Shown: positions 53,227-64,000 of the stretch, in pieces
How the letters are laid out: each line of letters opens with the position of its first letter
Numbering within the stretch: position 1 is the first letter of the stretch
Source of the DNA: Monocercomonoides exilis PA203
Lineage: Eukaryota > Protista > Preaxostyla
Assembly (NCBI GenBank): GCA_001643675.2
Contig: LSRY02000003.1
Location: 2,356,001 to 2,420,000 of the forward strand
Direction: 5' to 3'
Length of the DNA: 64,000 nucleotides
The notes under the pieces: generated by a model
What the model was told of the DNA's origin: nothing
Database searches by the model: none
What the model saw: the letters and a program-made list of their open reading frames with translations, nothing else
Program-made: the position numbers and the translations under genes

Positions 53227-54279
53227 CCATTTTCCATTTCACAGAAATATCCTATACCTATCATCTTCTTTTCATCAGAAGTTTATTTTTTTCAATCTAT
53301 CTTTAATCTCCGCTCATATAAAACCATTTCTTCAAAATTTCTTCCTCTATTTTCTCCTTTTCATCAAATATGAATTGAGCTCAAGAAAAAAGATTCATCG
53401 CTTTCATCTCTTCAAATAGGATTTCTTCAGGCATATCAACATGCTCTTCTAAATTTTCCTTTTCTTTTCATTTTCAACAATTTGCTCCAGTTTCGTATCT
53501 GTGTAATCTGCAGAAGGCTATTTAGGAACACATCCATTTCATAAATGAATTGCTTCAATGCCCATTCCTTTTCACTTCAGATGCTTGATCTTCAAAATCA
53601 AAAAAGTCAGATTCAATCTCCGTTTTCTGTTGAATGCCTGATGATCAGCTTCTCTTGGTTAAACATTGAACAATTTCCTTTGTAAAATAACATTAGCTGT
53701 TATTCTGTGAAAGAATGAAAGATGAGGCTTGGCCCTGAATTTGACGGGAGTTGAATGAAATGAAAAAAACAGTATCATTTTTGTTGATCATCAAAGAAAT
53801 CGAAGAAGAATGCAACGGAAATGAAATGAGCTGAATTTGAGCAGATAGTTTATTTTCTTCGTCGGAATCGTGATTGAAAAATGAAAAGAAAGCTCTTTTA
53901 TCGATTGACTGCAGAGACGAAGGAAAGGAAATGAAACAATTTTCGGCTTAATTTGGTAGCTCTGCAGAATTGAATAGCATAAATGCATTTGAAGATCGAT
54001 GCTCTGACCCAGAAGGGAGTGAGAAAAAATATTAATGAAGAAGACTAAAAATGTGAAGAAAAAGAAGAAGAAGAAAAGAAGAAGAAAAGAAGAAGAAGGA
54101 GGAGGAGGAGAAGACGACGAAGACGACGAAGACGAAGACGAGGATGATGAACGAATAGAACAAGTTGATTGATGGTCGAGATTTGCGGAAATGAACGATA
54201 ACAAATTGAACAGAGAGTTTCGCTGAAATCGTTATTTCTTGTTTTTCAACTTTGTTTCCGTGCTCTTCTGACAAGAAGA

Positions 54280-55378
54280 ATCCTCCAATCCCTCCTTCTC
54301 CATCTACTCAACCATCTTTGTCTTCACCCACAACCCTATCGATGGCGCCATCCTCCCCAACCTCAACAGCCCATCAACTTCCCTCTCTGCCTTCAATGCC
54401 TCTTTCCTCCACCAAACACGCTCTTCACCAAATGCTGCTGTTGTATATGTAGGAAATGAAACTCACAGAAAATCACCTGGAAGACTGACTTCATTTGATG
54501 AGAACAGCCATCGCTTTGAATGGTGCGAGTGGAATGATTCTAATAGCGGAAGTGCCTGGGGAGGTGCGCTGATAGTTAACTGCACAAACGCAAATCTCAC
54601 AATAGAATCTTGTTCTTTTCGCAATTGTTCAACTACTGGGGAAGCAGGAGCATTATACTGTGGGCAACTATTGAAATTAAACATTGAAAAATCCAACTTC
54701 ACCAGCTGTTCAGCTGCTCATGGTGGAGCAGTCACTTCTTGGGCTCCTCAATCAAATTCTGATTGGTCATTCTCGGAAAACAGAGTGGAAAATTGTTCAA
54801 TAACTGATTGGTGTGGAACTGGCTGGTATTTTAATATGTATTATTTCCCAGAAAACGGTCAATTCTTGTTTTCCAAATGCAAGTGCATTTCAAACTCTGG
54901 TGGAGATGCAGCTGGTTCTCTCACATTTTATCATCCTCCAAGCAACAAACCAAGTCAGTATTCAATCAATGATTGCCACTTCATAAACAACAATCTGACT
55001 GCCTCTTCCACATATGGAGGTGCCGCAATGTGTTTTTATCCTCCTTTTTCCTGGATGAGTGGAGTAAAATTCATCACATTCTGTTTCTTCGATGGCAACG
55101 CAGCCACAAATGGCAGGGGAAACGATGTGTTCTTCAGTGGTAATGCCATCACCCAATCTCCGTTTGAGAATTGTGATTCAACAACCCCAACAAAAAGAGT
55201 GTGGAAAGCTGGTACTGCTGATAACGTTGAGAAAAATGACAGGTTTTGGCTTTTCTTTTCATATTCTTCCAATGGAATTCCTTTCTCACTATCTTCTCTT
55301 TTCCATCCATTTTTGCCTTTTCTATTTTCTTCTCTTAACATGTTTTTGATTTCTTCTACGTCTCATCATCTTGCTTGA
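54280..55378 (+). pseudogene. Cassette K (variable domain only)
   Basis: Frame open from ~54270 (SIYSTIFVFTHNPIDGAILPN...) into ORF 54671-55378. Homology ends at 'TADNVEKND'. Confidence 0.75.
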
Positions 55379-58300
55379 TGTTGTTCCACTTTTCAAATTT
55401 ATCCTCTATTTATCCAAATACTTTTCTTTGTTTTGACAGTTCTTTCTTCTCCTTTCAAATTCAACTCCCAACTCAAATTTCAAATCAAAAATATCTTCTT
55501 CCTTTCATTCAAAAGCCCTCTTTCTCTTTCTCCTCTTCTTTCTCTTTCTTTTTCTCATTTTAATTTGAGAGTATTTCCTTCAGCTGCAAATTTTCTTCTT
55601 TTTCTTCATTTCATTCATGATCTCTGATGATGAAACAGATCATGAAGAAAATCAATCAGATGATGTGAATGATGATAATGAAGAAGAAGCTGTGTGAAAT
55701 GTTGTTGATATATTTGAAGAAGAAGAAGAAGAAGAAGATGGTAATGATGATGAATGGATTGAATGAGACGATTAATTGTTGAAAATTGAGAAGATGGGAG
55801 TCAATAAATATCAACGTAGAAATTCATTGAAATTCTCTTCTTCTGTTTCTTTTTCTTCTGCAGAGGAGAAACATCTGAATCCTTTTCACTTTCAGCTCAA
55901 TCTCTTTCTCTCTCTCCAACAATAAATACTAAGCACGCGTCAATCTCTTTTTCATTCCATTTCTTTCAATTTTTCGTTTCCCTTTTTTCACTCAAAACAT
56001 CTTCCCTCAAAAATAATTCTTTGCCAAAGGTTAATGCCAGGCATCTTCGAAATATCTTGAATTTCATATGTCTGTCTGTATTTTTCCTTCCCTGCTTTTC
56101 TCTTTCTTCTTCAAAGCCACCTAATCCCTCATTCTTTCAGCATTCTTAAAAACAAAATAACAATCACTTCAAAAAATATATCAGCAAACCTTCAGAACCA
56201 ATGCTCAAGTCAATAACTATATTTTATCCCGTTGGCACCTGTTTTCTTTATCAATTTCATTATTCCTTTCGTTTTCGAATGTTTCATCATCTGATTCGCA
56301 AACCATCCTTTCCATAAGTCATTTATCCATCAAATGCATCGATTTCTGGTCCTTCTGAAAAATGTGAGATTTATGCATTTTGCTCAAATTCCATTCTCAT
56401 CATTGAAAATAATCCTATTTCTCATCTGAAAATATCATCTCCAATTCCCTTCCCAATCCCTTCACCCTGGGCACTTTCCATATGAATTCGCTCTCCCAAC
56501 TCTGTGGTCACCCTGCACAACAAGATATCCCGCTTTCATTCATTTTCATTCATTTCCACCTCCTGCCCTGAAAGAAACACAAAAACAATCAACAGATAAA
56601 TATTCATATATAGAAAATAAATAAAGACCAAACTGCGCTTCGACTGTTTTTTGCCAAACAGCCTCATTTCCACAGCCAACATCATTCAAAAAACCAATCT
56701 CTTTATTTCAGTCTCAGAATGGTCAAATTTCAGCACTGAATGCACCTCCACAAAATACATCGTGTATCCTACTGGAGGGTCTTTTCAGCCCGTACACATT
56801 GTGTTGCCTGTCAGGATGTGTTTTTTTTGTTTTTCTCATGATCCTCTCCTTTAATAATATTCTCAACCACCCAAAGAAGTATATCACGTTTATTTCATCA
56901 ACACCAGGCACATGAGGGATAAGGCGTATACAAGTGATGGAAGAGGATTATTTGTGAGAGAAGGTGGGGGTTGAGTATATTTTTGAGAATGTTAATGCTT
57001 CAAGAATGATTTTTGAATGAAAGAAATTCTGAGACAAAGGGGGTGGGGAAGGATAGGGAGAGATTTGTAGAGGAAAATGTAGAAAATATGTAGAGAAAAA
57101 GTTGGGGACGATAAAGAAGGTGATTATTGTTGATTGGAGATATGGAATTTGAAAAAAAGGAAAAGAGGGCAAAAGCTTGAAAGAAGAAGAATATTCTGAA
57201 GTGTTCAAATGGAAAAGGGTGTTTTTTTAAAAGAAAAGATTTTATGGAAGAGAATGGGAAAGATAAAGAAAAGGAAGGGATGATATTTTCTGATGATTTT
57301 GGGGGTTGAATGGAAGAGGGGAATGGAAAGGAAAGGAAATTAAGAAATATTTTCATTTTTGGTTTCTCAGTGAAGCGCAGAACAATTTCAAAAAGGCAGA
57401 AACGAACTGAGGATGTCATCTTTCATCAATTAATTTTCTTCGGCCTTCAACAAATATTTCGATAACGATTGTTTGCTCTTTGTCAAATCAACTTATTGAA
57501 TTCGATATTTGGCCCAATCAACGACTTCACCCAAATTAATCTCAACGTCTTCTTTAGGAATGTCAATTGACTGATTGCGCATTTCCCTATTACCACATAT
57601 ATTCACATTTTTTCGACTTGAACTTCATCTTCGTGGTCATCGTGGGATCATCATCTTCTTCTTCAGATAATCCTCCTTCATTCAATCAACCATCTTCCTC
57701 ATTTCTTGATTTTACAAACACAAAATTCGCCTTCTCACAATTCACCTGTTTATTCAGCGACAAGCACGCCTGTTATGAATCGCATAGCCAAAAACACACA
57801 AAATCTTCTTCACTCAACCATTTCTTCCTCTTCTTCGTCTCTTTCGTCCCCTTCTTCAACTTCAACTTCATTCTTCCTCATTCGTTCACACATTCGCACA
57901 GCATCTATCTTCATTTCAACAATTGTGACCCTCCTTTTCTTCTTCAACGCCTTCTTCGATGAACGAATTAAAAATATTCCTATTTCTATTTCATTCAACT
58001 CCCGTTAAATCCAGGGCCGAGCATCATCTTTCATTCTTACTCAGAAAGATAAAAGGCATATTTGTTGTTTTACGGAATATCTTTAAAAATTATTTTACAA
58101 ATGAAATGGTTCAATGTCAAATCAAGAATAGCCGATCATCGGGCACACAATCCATGAAGGTTGCCTCTGCATTATTTATTTTGAGATTGAAAGAATTACA
58201 GGAAGAAGAAGGAACAAGATTGGAAAAGATTTCTTTGAACAAACAGTTGCAAGGATGGTTTTCGAGAGATTTCGCAAGGCCACATGCCTTCAAAAAGTCT

Positions 58301-58490
58301 CAGAAGATGAAACGATGAGGGAAACTTATTTATTTGAAAAGGCAAATTTAATGGATAATTCTATGAAAGAAGAGAATAAATGCCCGACAGGCAATGTTGA
58401 TTTCATCAAATGCAAAAATGAGATGTTTTCTTCAATTTTGTGTGCCATCTCCCCAACTTTCTTCGATTTTACCGTCACTTGCACATAAAT

Positions 58491-60730
58491 TCACCGACAA
58501 GTCAGCTGATGAAATGATTTCTGCCTTATGATCTGCACCTTCTTCAGAAGACCCATCGCATTGCGTGTGCTCTTGCAGGACATCTTTGATAGCCAGCAAT
58601 ACATTTCTTTGATGCCAAGTATTCTATCCACACATGCATTGTCAGCTGTATACCCGTTGAGAAATATGAATGAGTCGACATCCCAATCGCCAAGTGCTTC
58701 TGTTCTGTCATGTCCAACAGCCGAGTTGTCTTTCTGAGTGATGCTTCTCATGAAGGCGAACAAGGGCTCTTTCACAGAAGCGACAAATGATTTACACACA
58801 AAATACATATCTCTTCCGACACAGGCCTTGTTGGCTGAAAACACGATATTGGCGACGGAAAAGGAGGATTCTGACACTTGTGAATCATCCTTGTACTCGA
58901 TCATGAGAGCACCGCCTCTTCCTCCAGAACTTGTATCCTCGCTCACAGAGCAGCTGGAGAAGGTGGAATCACTCACAGAAAATGAGTTGGCAGAGGCAGA
59001 TGAGGCGAATGAGATGCATCCGCCATTGGTGGCAGTCTGTTGGTTTTGCGGAGCTGAGTTGATGTTGGTGATGGTGCAGTTGGCGAGGGAGAGGGAGAGG
59101 GCAGGGGAGGTGGCAGAGGAGAGGACACAGCTGGTGGGGGCGGCAGTGGAGATGATGTGGGTGATGTTGGAGGAGTTGAGGGTGAGGGGAGCGGTGAGGG
59201 AGGTGAGGTGGAAGATGCTTTGGCTGCTGAGGGTGAGACTGGTGATTGCTGTGTGGTTGAGGGCGAGGGAGCCAGCAGTGAGGAAGAAGAGGGGAGTTTT
59301 TATTGTTATGGAGGTTGTTCCTGTGATGGTGGTTGTGTTGAGGTTGAGGGAAGGGGAGTTACCGGAGAGGTGGAAGAGGATGGGGGTGATTTGATTTGTG
59401 GAGTTGTGTGCGATGGCGAGGGCAGAGACTGTGAGGGAGCCCTGGGTCTGTTGGAAGAGGGCAGACGAGGCAGATGGATCTGGTGAAGAAGATGTTGATG
59501 ATGATGACAAGGATGAAAGAGATGATGTTGATTGTGATGAGTGTGAATGTGAGTTTGATGGCTGGAGAATGCCACTGGAGGCGATGGTGGTGGCAGTTGT
59601 GCCATTTCCAGTGATTTTTGTATTTGGAGCACGAAATGTGAGAGTCTTTGTGGGAGTGAAAGTGGAGAAGAGAAGGGAGAGGGAGGCATCGCTGAAGGGA
59701 GCAACGCATCCGAGGGCATACTCCACTGTGGCACAGGAGCTTTGCTGTGTTTTGCCACAGGCATCAGCATCAGTTCCACCATTTGAGACTATTTTGTTCT
59801 GGCTGATGATTGGAAGCCATCCATTGTACACACTGCTATCTGCAGTTCCTGCATTCCACACTCTTTTTGTTGTGGTTGTTGAACCGCATTGCTGGAAAGG
59901 AGATTGAGTGATGCTGCTGCCATTGAAGAACACATCATTTCCTCTGCCATTCGTCGCAGTGTTGCCATCGAAGAAACAGAATGTGATGAATTTTATTCCA
60001 TTCATCCAAGAGTAAGTTCCATCAAAGTATATTCCGGCTCCGCCCCATGTGGAAGAAGAAGTTAATTTGTTATTGATGAACTGACACTCAACGATTGAAA
60101 ACAGGTTGGGCTTGTTATTCGGAGGCCAATGAAACGTGAGAGAGCCAGTTGAATCGTTGCCAGAATTTGCGATGCACTTGCAGTTTGTGAACAAGAATTG
60201 AGCATTTGATGGCATATCATTGAGCCAGAAATACCAGCCAGTTCCACACCAATATGTTATTGAACAACTTTCCACTATATTTTCTGAAAATTTCCAAACA
60301 GAATTGGATTGAGGATAGTACAAGTGTGCTGCACCTCCATGTAATGCCGAACAACTTGTGAAATTGGATTTTGTGACATTTATTTTCAGCAAATTTCCGC
60401 AATATAACGCTCCAGCATGATCATTGGATGAGCATTTATTGAATGAACACGAAATGATTGTGAGGTTTGCATTAACGCAATTAACATAAAGTGCGCCTCC
60501 ATGGCTAGTTCCACCATTTGAATTATTCCATTCACACCACTCGAAGCGATGACTTTCAACATCAAACGAAGTCAGTCTACCAGGTTTCTCTCTTTGAGAT
60601 TCAGTTCCAATGTGTTCAACAGCAGCATTTGGTGAAGAGCGTGTTTGGTGGAGGAAAGAGGCATTGAAGGCAGAGAGGGATGTGGATGGGCTGTTGAGAG
60701 AGGGGATGATGATACTGTTAACGGGACTAT
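58491..60730 (-). pseudogene. Cassette L (long form)
   Basis: 633-aa ORF plus open upstream variable domain. Longest retained constant region. No signal peptide or TM anchor seen. Confidence 0.75.
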
Positions 60731-61442
60731 GCTGGATGAGTGTAAGCGATGGACATGAAGGAAAGAGAAAGAATACTGAAACAGAAAAATAACAGAAATT
60801 TGTATGAATTGAACAAAATTTTTGATATTCATTTTTTTAAATATGATTGATAATCAAAAACAAAGAATATACAACTCCAATGAGTAATTTTTCTTGAGAA
60901 TTTGTTTGTGAATGGATTAGCGATGCAATATGAAAAGAAAGAGACCGGGAACATAAAATATGCAATGTCTTTTAAAAGGGCAAGTTATTTGTGGAATTAT
61001 TTTTCATTTAATAAGAACCTCTAAATTTTCATCTTGAATATCCTTTGGAGCAAATCCGTTAAATATCATATAGCAAACTTTAAAGAAAGATAAAGCATTG
61101 ATATTGCGGACTTATTTATTGTTTTTCTTTTAAAAAAACTTCAGTTATGAAAGGAACTGAAAAATACATAATTAACTTGTCTTTCAAAGAATGTTTTGAG
61201 CTAATGACTTTGAATATGTTTGCTGATATAAAACTTCAGACTTTCATATTTTTTAAATCAATTTTTAACTTTCAAAACTTCATTTCTCTGTTTTTCTTTT
61301 TTAACATTTCAAAAGCAAAATAAAAAATAATTTTTTTTTGAAAAAAATGTAGTTTGTTGAATAGCTTGTTTCATTATCACGCAAAAACGCATCTCCATTT
61401 TTAATTCGTGTTTTATCTGCTTGAACTATTTCTTTCACAAAA

Positions 61443-61701
61443 TGGGTCATTATTTTTGAAATCATAATTATTTTCGGGGTATTGATTTTTCAAAGGTTTT
61501 TCTTTCCTTTGGGAAGAGATTTTGTATTCAAATGCTAAAATTATCACAACTGTTTCAAAAACAAATGAATGATCTGAAATAAAAATCAAGAAGTCTTGAA
61601 TATGTCTGTTCACTTTTCAGTGTTCATTTGTTGACATTCAAAAGAAATTTTCAAACCGAAAATTATTAAAGAATAAATATGATTTCAAAAATAATCACCC
61701 A
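61443..61701. mobile_element. MITE family 1 copy
   Basis: TIRs 'tgggtcattatttttgaaatcata' and 'tatgatttcaaaaataatcaccca'; 259 bp. Confidence 0.7.
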
Positions 61702-62039
61702 AATACATAAAAATTGAAATAGCGTATTTTATAAACCCGAAAAGGATTTTCTTTTTAATGGAAATTTTTTCTTAATTGGCACTTTTTTCTGTTTTCGTTA
61801 GCCAACTTCTGAAAAGCTCCGAATGGCTTTCAGCACTTTAACGAACCGCTTTCACCATCTCAATACAATTCTTTAACTGTTTGTTTTCCTTATTTTGTTT
61901 ATTATTCTCAGAAATATTTCGGTTTTTGTTTTTGAAATTTCATTTTTCTAAGCTTTCCAGTCATAGTTAATGCACAAGATACGTCCGGGACCTAAGTTAA
62001 CATATGTCGCAGCTATGATGATAACGTGCTGCGCACATA

Positions 62040-62297
62040 TGAGTGATAATTTTTGAAATCATATTTTTTCAATCAAAAATTTCTGTTTGAGAATTCACTT
62101 TGAATATTGATAAATGAACACTGAAAAGTTGTAACAACATTCAAACATTAAATTTTCTTGAAAATATTCTCAAATATCGTCATTAGAAGCAACTATCTCA
62201 CATTTTTCTTTTTAAAGAATAATTCCTCTCTAAAAAAATTAATCCTTTGAAGAATCAACGCTCTGAAAAAAGTTATGATTTCAAAAAGAATTACCCA
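62040..62297. mobile_element. MITE family 1 copy, opposite orientation
   Basis: TIRs 'tgagtgataatttttgaaatcata' and 'tatgatttcaaaaagaattaccca'. Internal 'aatgaacactgaaaagt' is the reverse complement of the 61.6 kb copy. Confidence 0.65.
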
Positions 62298-62336
62298 TAT
62301 GTTTTTATCTTCCGATTGTTTGAGGAAACTGTGGGA

Positions 62337-64000
62337 AAAATTGTTTTCAATTTTTGCACATTTCAAGAATCCTGGTCTATTTTGATTGAAACCAATAGAA
62401 TTTTTTAGGATTTTTATTTATTCGCTTTATTTTAGGGTTTAACGTATTAATAACTTGCTAGTGTTGAATTCTGTTATTCAAATTTCCAGAATTTTCTTTT
62501 TTAATGAATACTTAAACAATTATCAAAAAAGCTCTATTGATATTTGGGAACAGAAAAATGAAATCTATCCAAAGATTATTCGTGTACCCAATAATTAATT
62601 TTCAATTATTGAACTGAATATTGTGCATGGTTTTCGATCATGGAATCTATTTTGATCGATCCCAAAAAATAATAATAAATAATTATATCCTAATTGAGTT
62701 GTGAAAATATTTTTGCATTTAAGAAAATAATAATACAGTCAAAATCGGATATCATTACATCTGTTTTTTCACAACTTTTTGTGACTATTTCTGATTGTGA
62801 TTATATGTGATGTGATATTACACAGAAAAAATTTTTAAATTTTTATTTATTTTATTTATTTTGGACCAGTTTTTTCTTTTCAGAAATTCTTCACAATAAC
62901 TCGTTTTTTATCATCAAAAATAGACCTCTGCGACATGACAAGAGAATTTTAAAACAGAGACAAAATAACTGAAAAGATAATGACGATTTGTTAAAAATTG
63001 TAATTTTTAACTTTATTACTATTTTTGATAATGCAAAAATATTATTAATAAATCAACATATGTCAAACTTTTTTGAAAATGTTTATTTTCTTGTTTAATT
63101 TTCAAATATTATTTTAAATATAAATATTAATCATATTTCTGTTCACACTCATGCAAATTTTCAAAAATAGCAAATATAACATTGTTTTGATTTTGTTTTC
63201 ATAACATCGAAATATGAATTTTATATTATGTTTGAAAATTAAACAAGAAAATAAACATTTTCAAAAAAGTTTGACATATGTTGATTTATTAATAATATTT
63301 TTGCATTATCAAAAATAGTAATAAAGTTAAAAATTACAATTTTTAACAAATCGTCATTATCTTTTCAGTTATTTTGTCTCTGTTTTAAAATTCTCTTGTC
63401 ATGTCGCAGAGGTCTATTTTTGATGATAAAAAACGAGTTATTGTGAAGAATTTCTGAAAAGAAAAAACTGGTCCAAAATAAATAAAATAAATAAAAATTT
63501 AAAAATTTTTTCTGTGTAATATCACATCACATATAATCACAATCAGAAATAGTCACAAAAAGTTGTGAAAAAACAGATGTAATGATATCCGATTTTGACT
63601 GTATTATTATTTTCTTAAATGCAAAAATATTTTCACAACTCAATTAGGATATAATTATTTATTATTATTTTTTGGGATCGATCAAAATAGATTCCATGAT
63701 CGAAAACCATGCACAATATTCAGTTCAATAATTGAAAATTAATTATTGGGTACACGAATAATCTTTGGATAGATTTCATTTTTCTGTTCCCAAATATCAA
63801 TAGAGCTTTTTTGATAATTGTTTAAGTATTCATTAAAAAAGAAAATTCTGGAAATTTGAATAACAGAATTCAACACTAGCAAGTTATTAATACGTTAAAC
63901 CCTAAAATAAAGCGAATAAATAAAAATCCTAAAAAATTCTATTGGTTTCAATCAAAATAGACCAGGATTCTTGAAATGTGCAAAAATTGAAAACAATTTT
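62337..64000. repeat. Second large palindrome: arms 62337-63106 and 63231-64000 (continues beyond window), 124-bp spacer
   Basis: Paired coordinates sum to 126337 from the spacer to the last base of the window. Confidence 0.95.

Noticed and set aside
3110-60730. Diversity-generating retroelement
   Set aside because: No reverse transcriptase or TR/VR pair was seen. Variation includes codon indels and block swaps rather than an obvious adenine-only pattern.

Overview
AT-rich, intron-containing eukaryotic DNA in the standard genetic code. By recognition of its gene families (not a database search) it most resembles an oxymonad protist such as Monocercomonoides. The window is dominated by 12 paralogous cassettes (A-L) encoding a Cys-rich GGA-motif parallel beta-helix (Pmp/pectin-lyase-like) domain. 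The cassettes begin at about the same internal point with no in-frame ATG seen, stay open through a ~250-codon domain of invariant framework and hypervariable patches, and end at one of three shared 3' breakpoints. Several are segmental mosaics of each other. They sit in alternating inverted clusters built around a ~13-21 kb palindrome (centre ~25,470), a second palindrome running off the right end (centre ~63,170), and several fold-back/MITE-like elements. The best interpretation (inference) is an archive of silent donor cassettes for gene-conversion-based diversification of a surface protein or receptor. Also present: one intact-looking spliced ARM/coiled-coil/SPRY-like gene (46510-49081), several decayed pseudogenes and GAA-type microsatellites. 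No rRNA, tRNA, CRISPR array or transposase was recognised.
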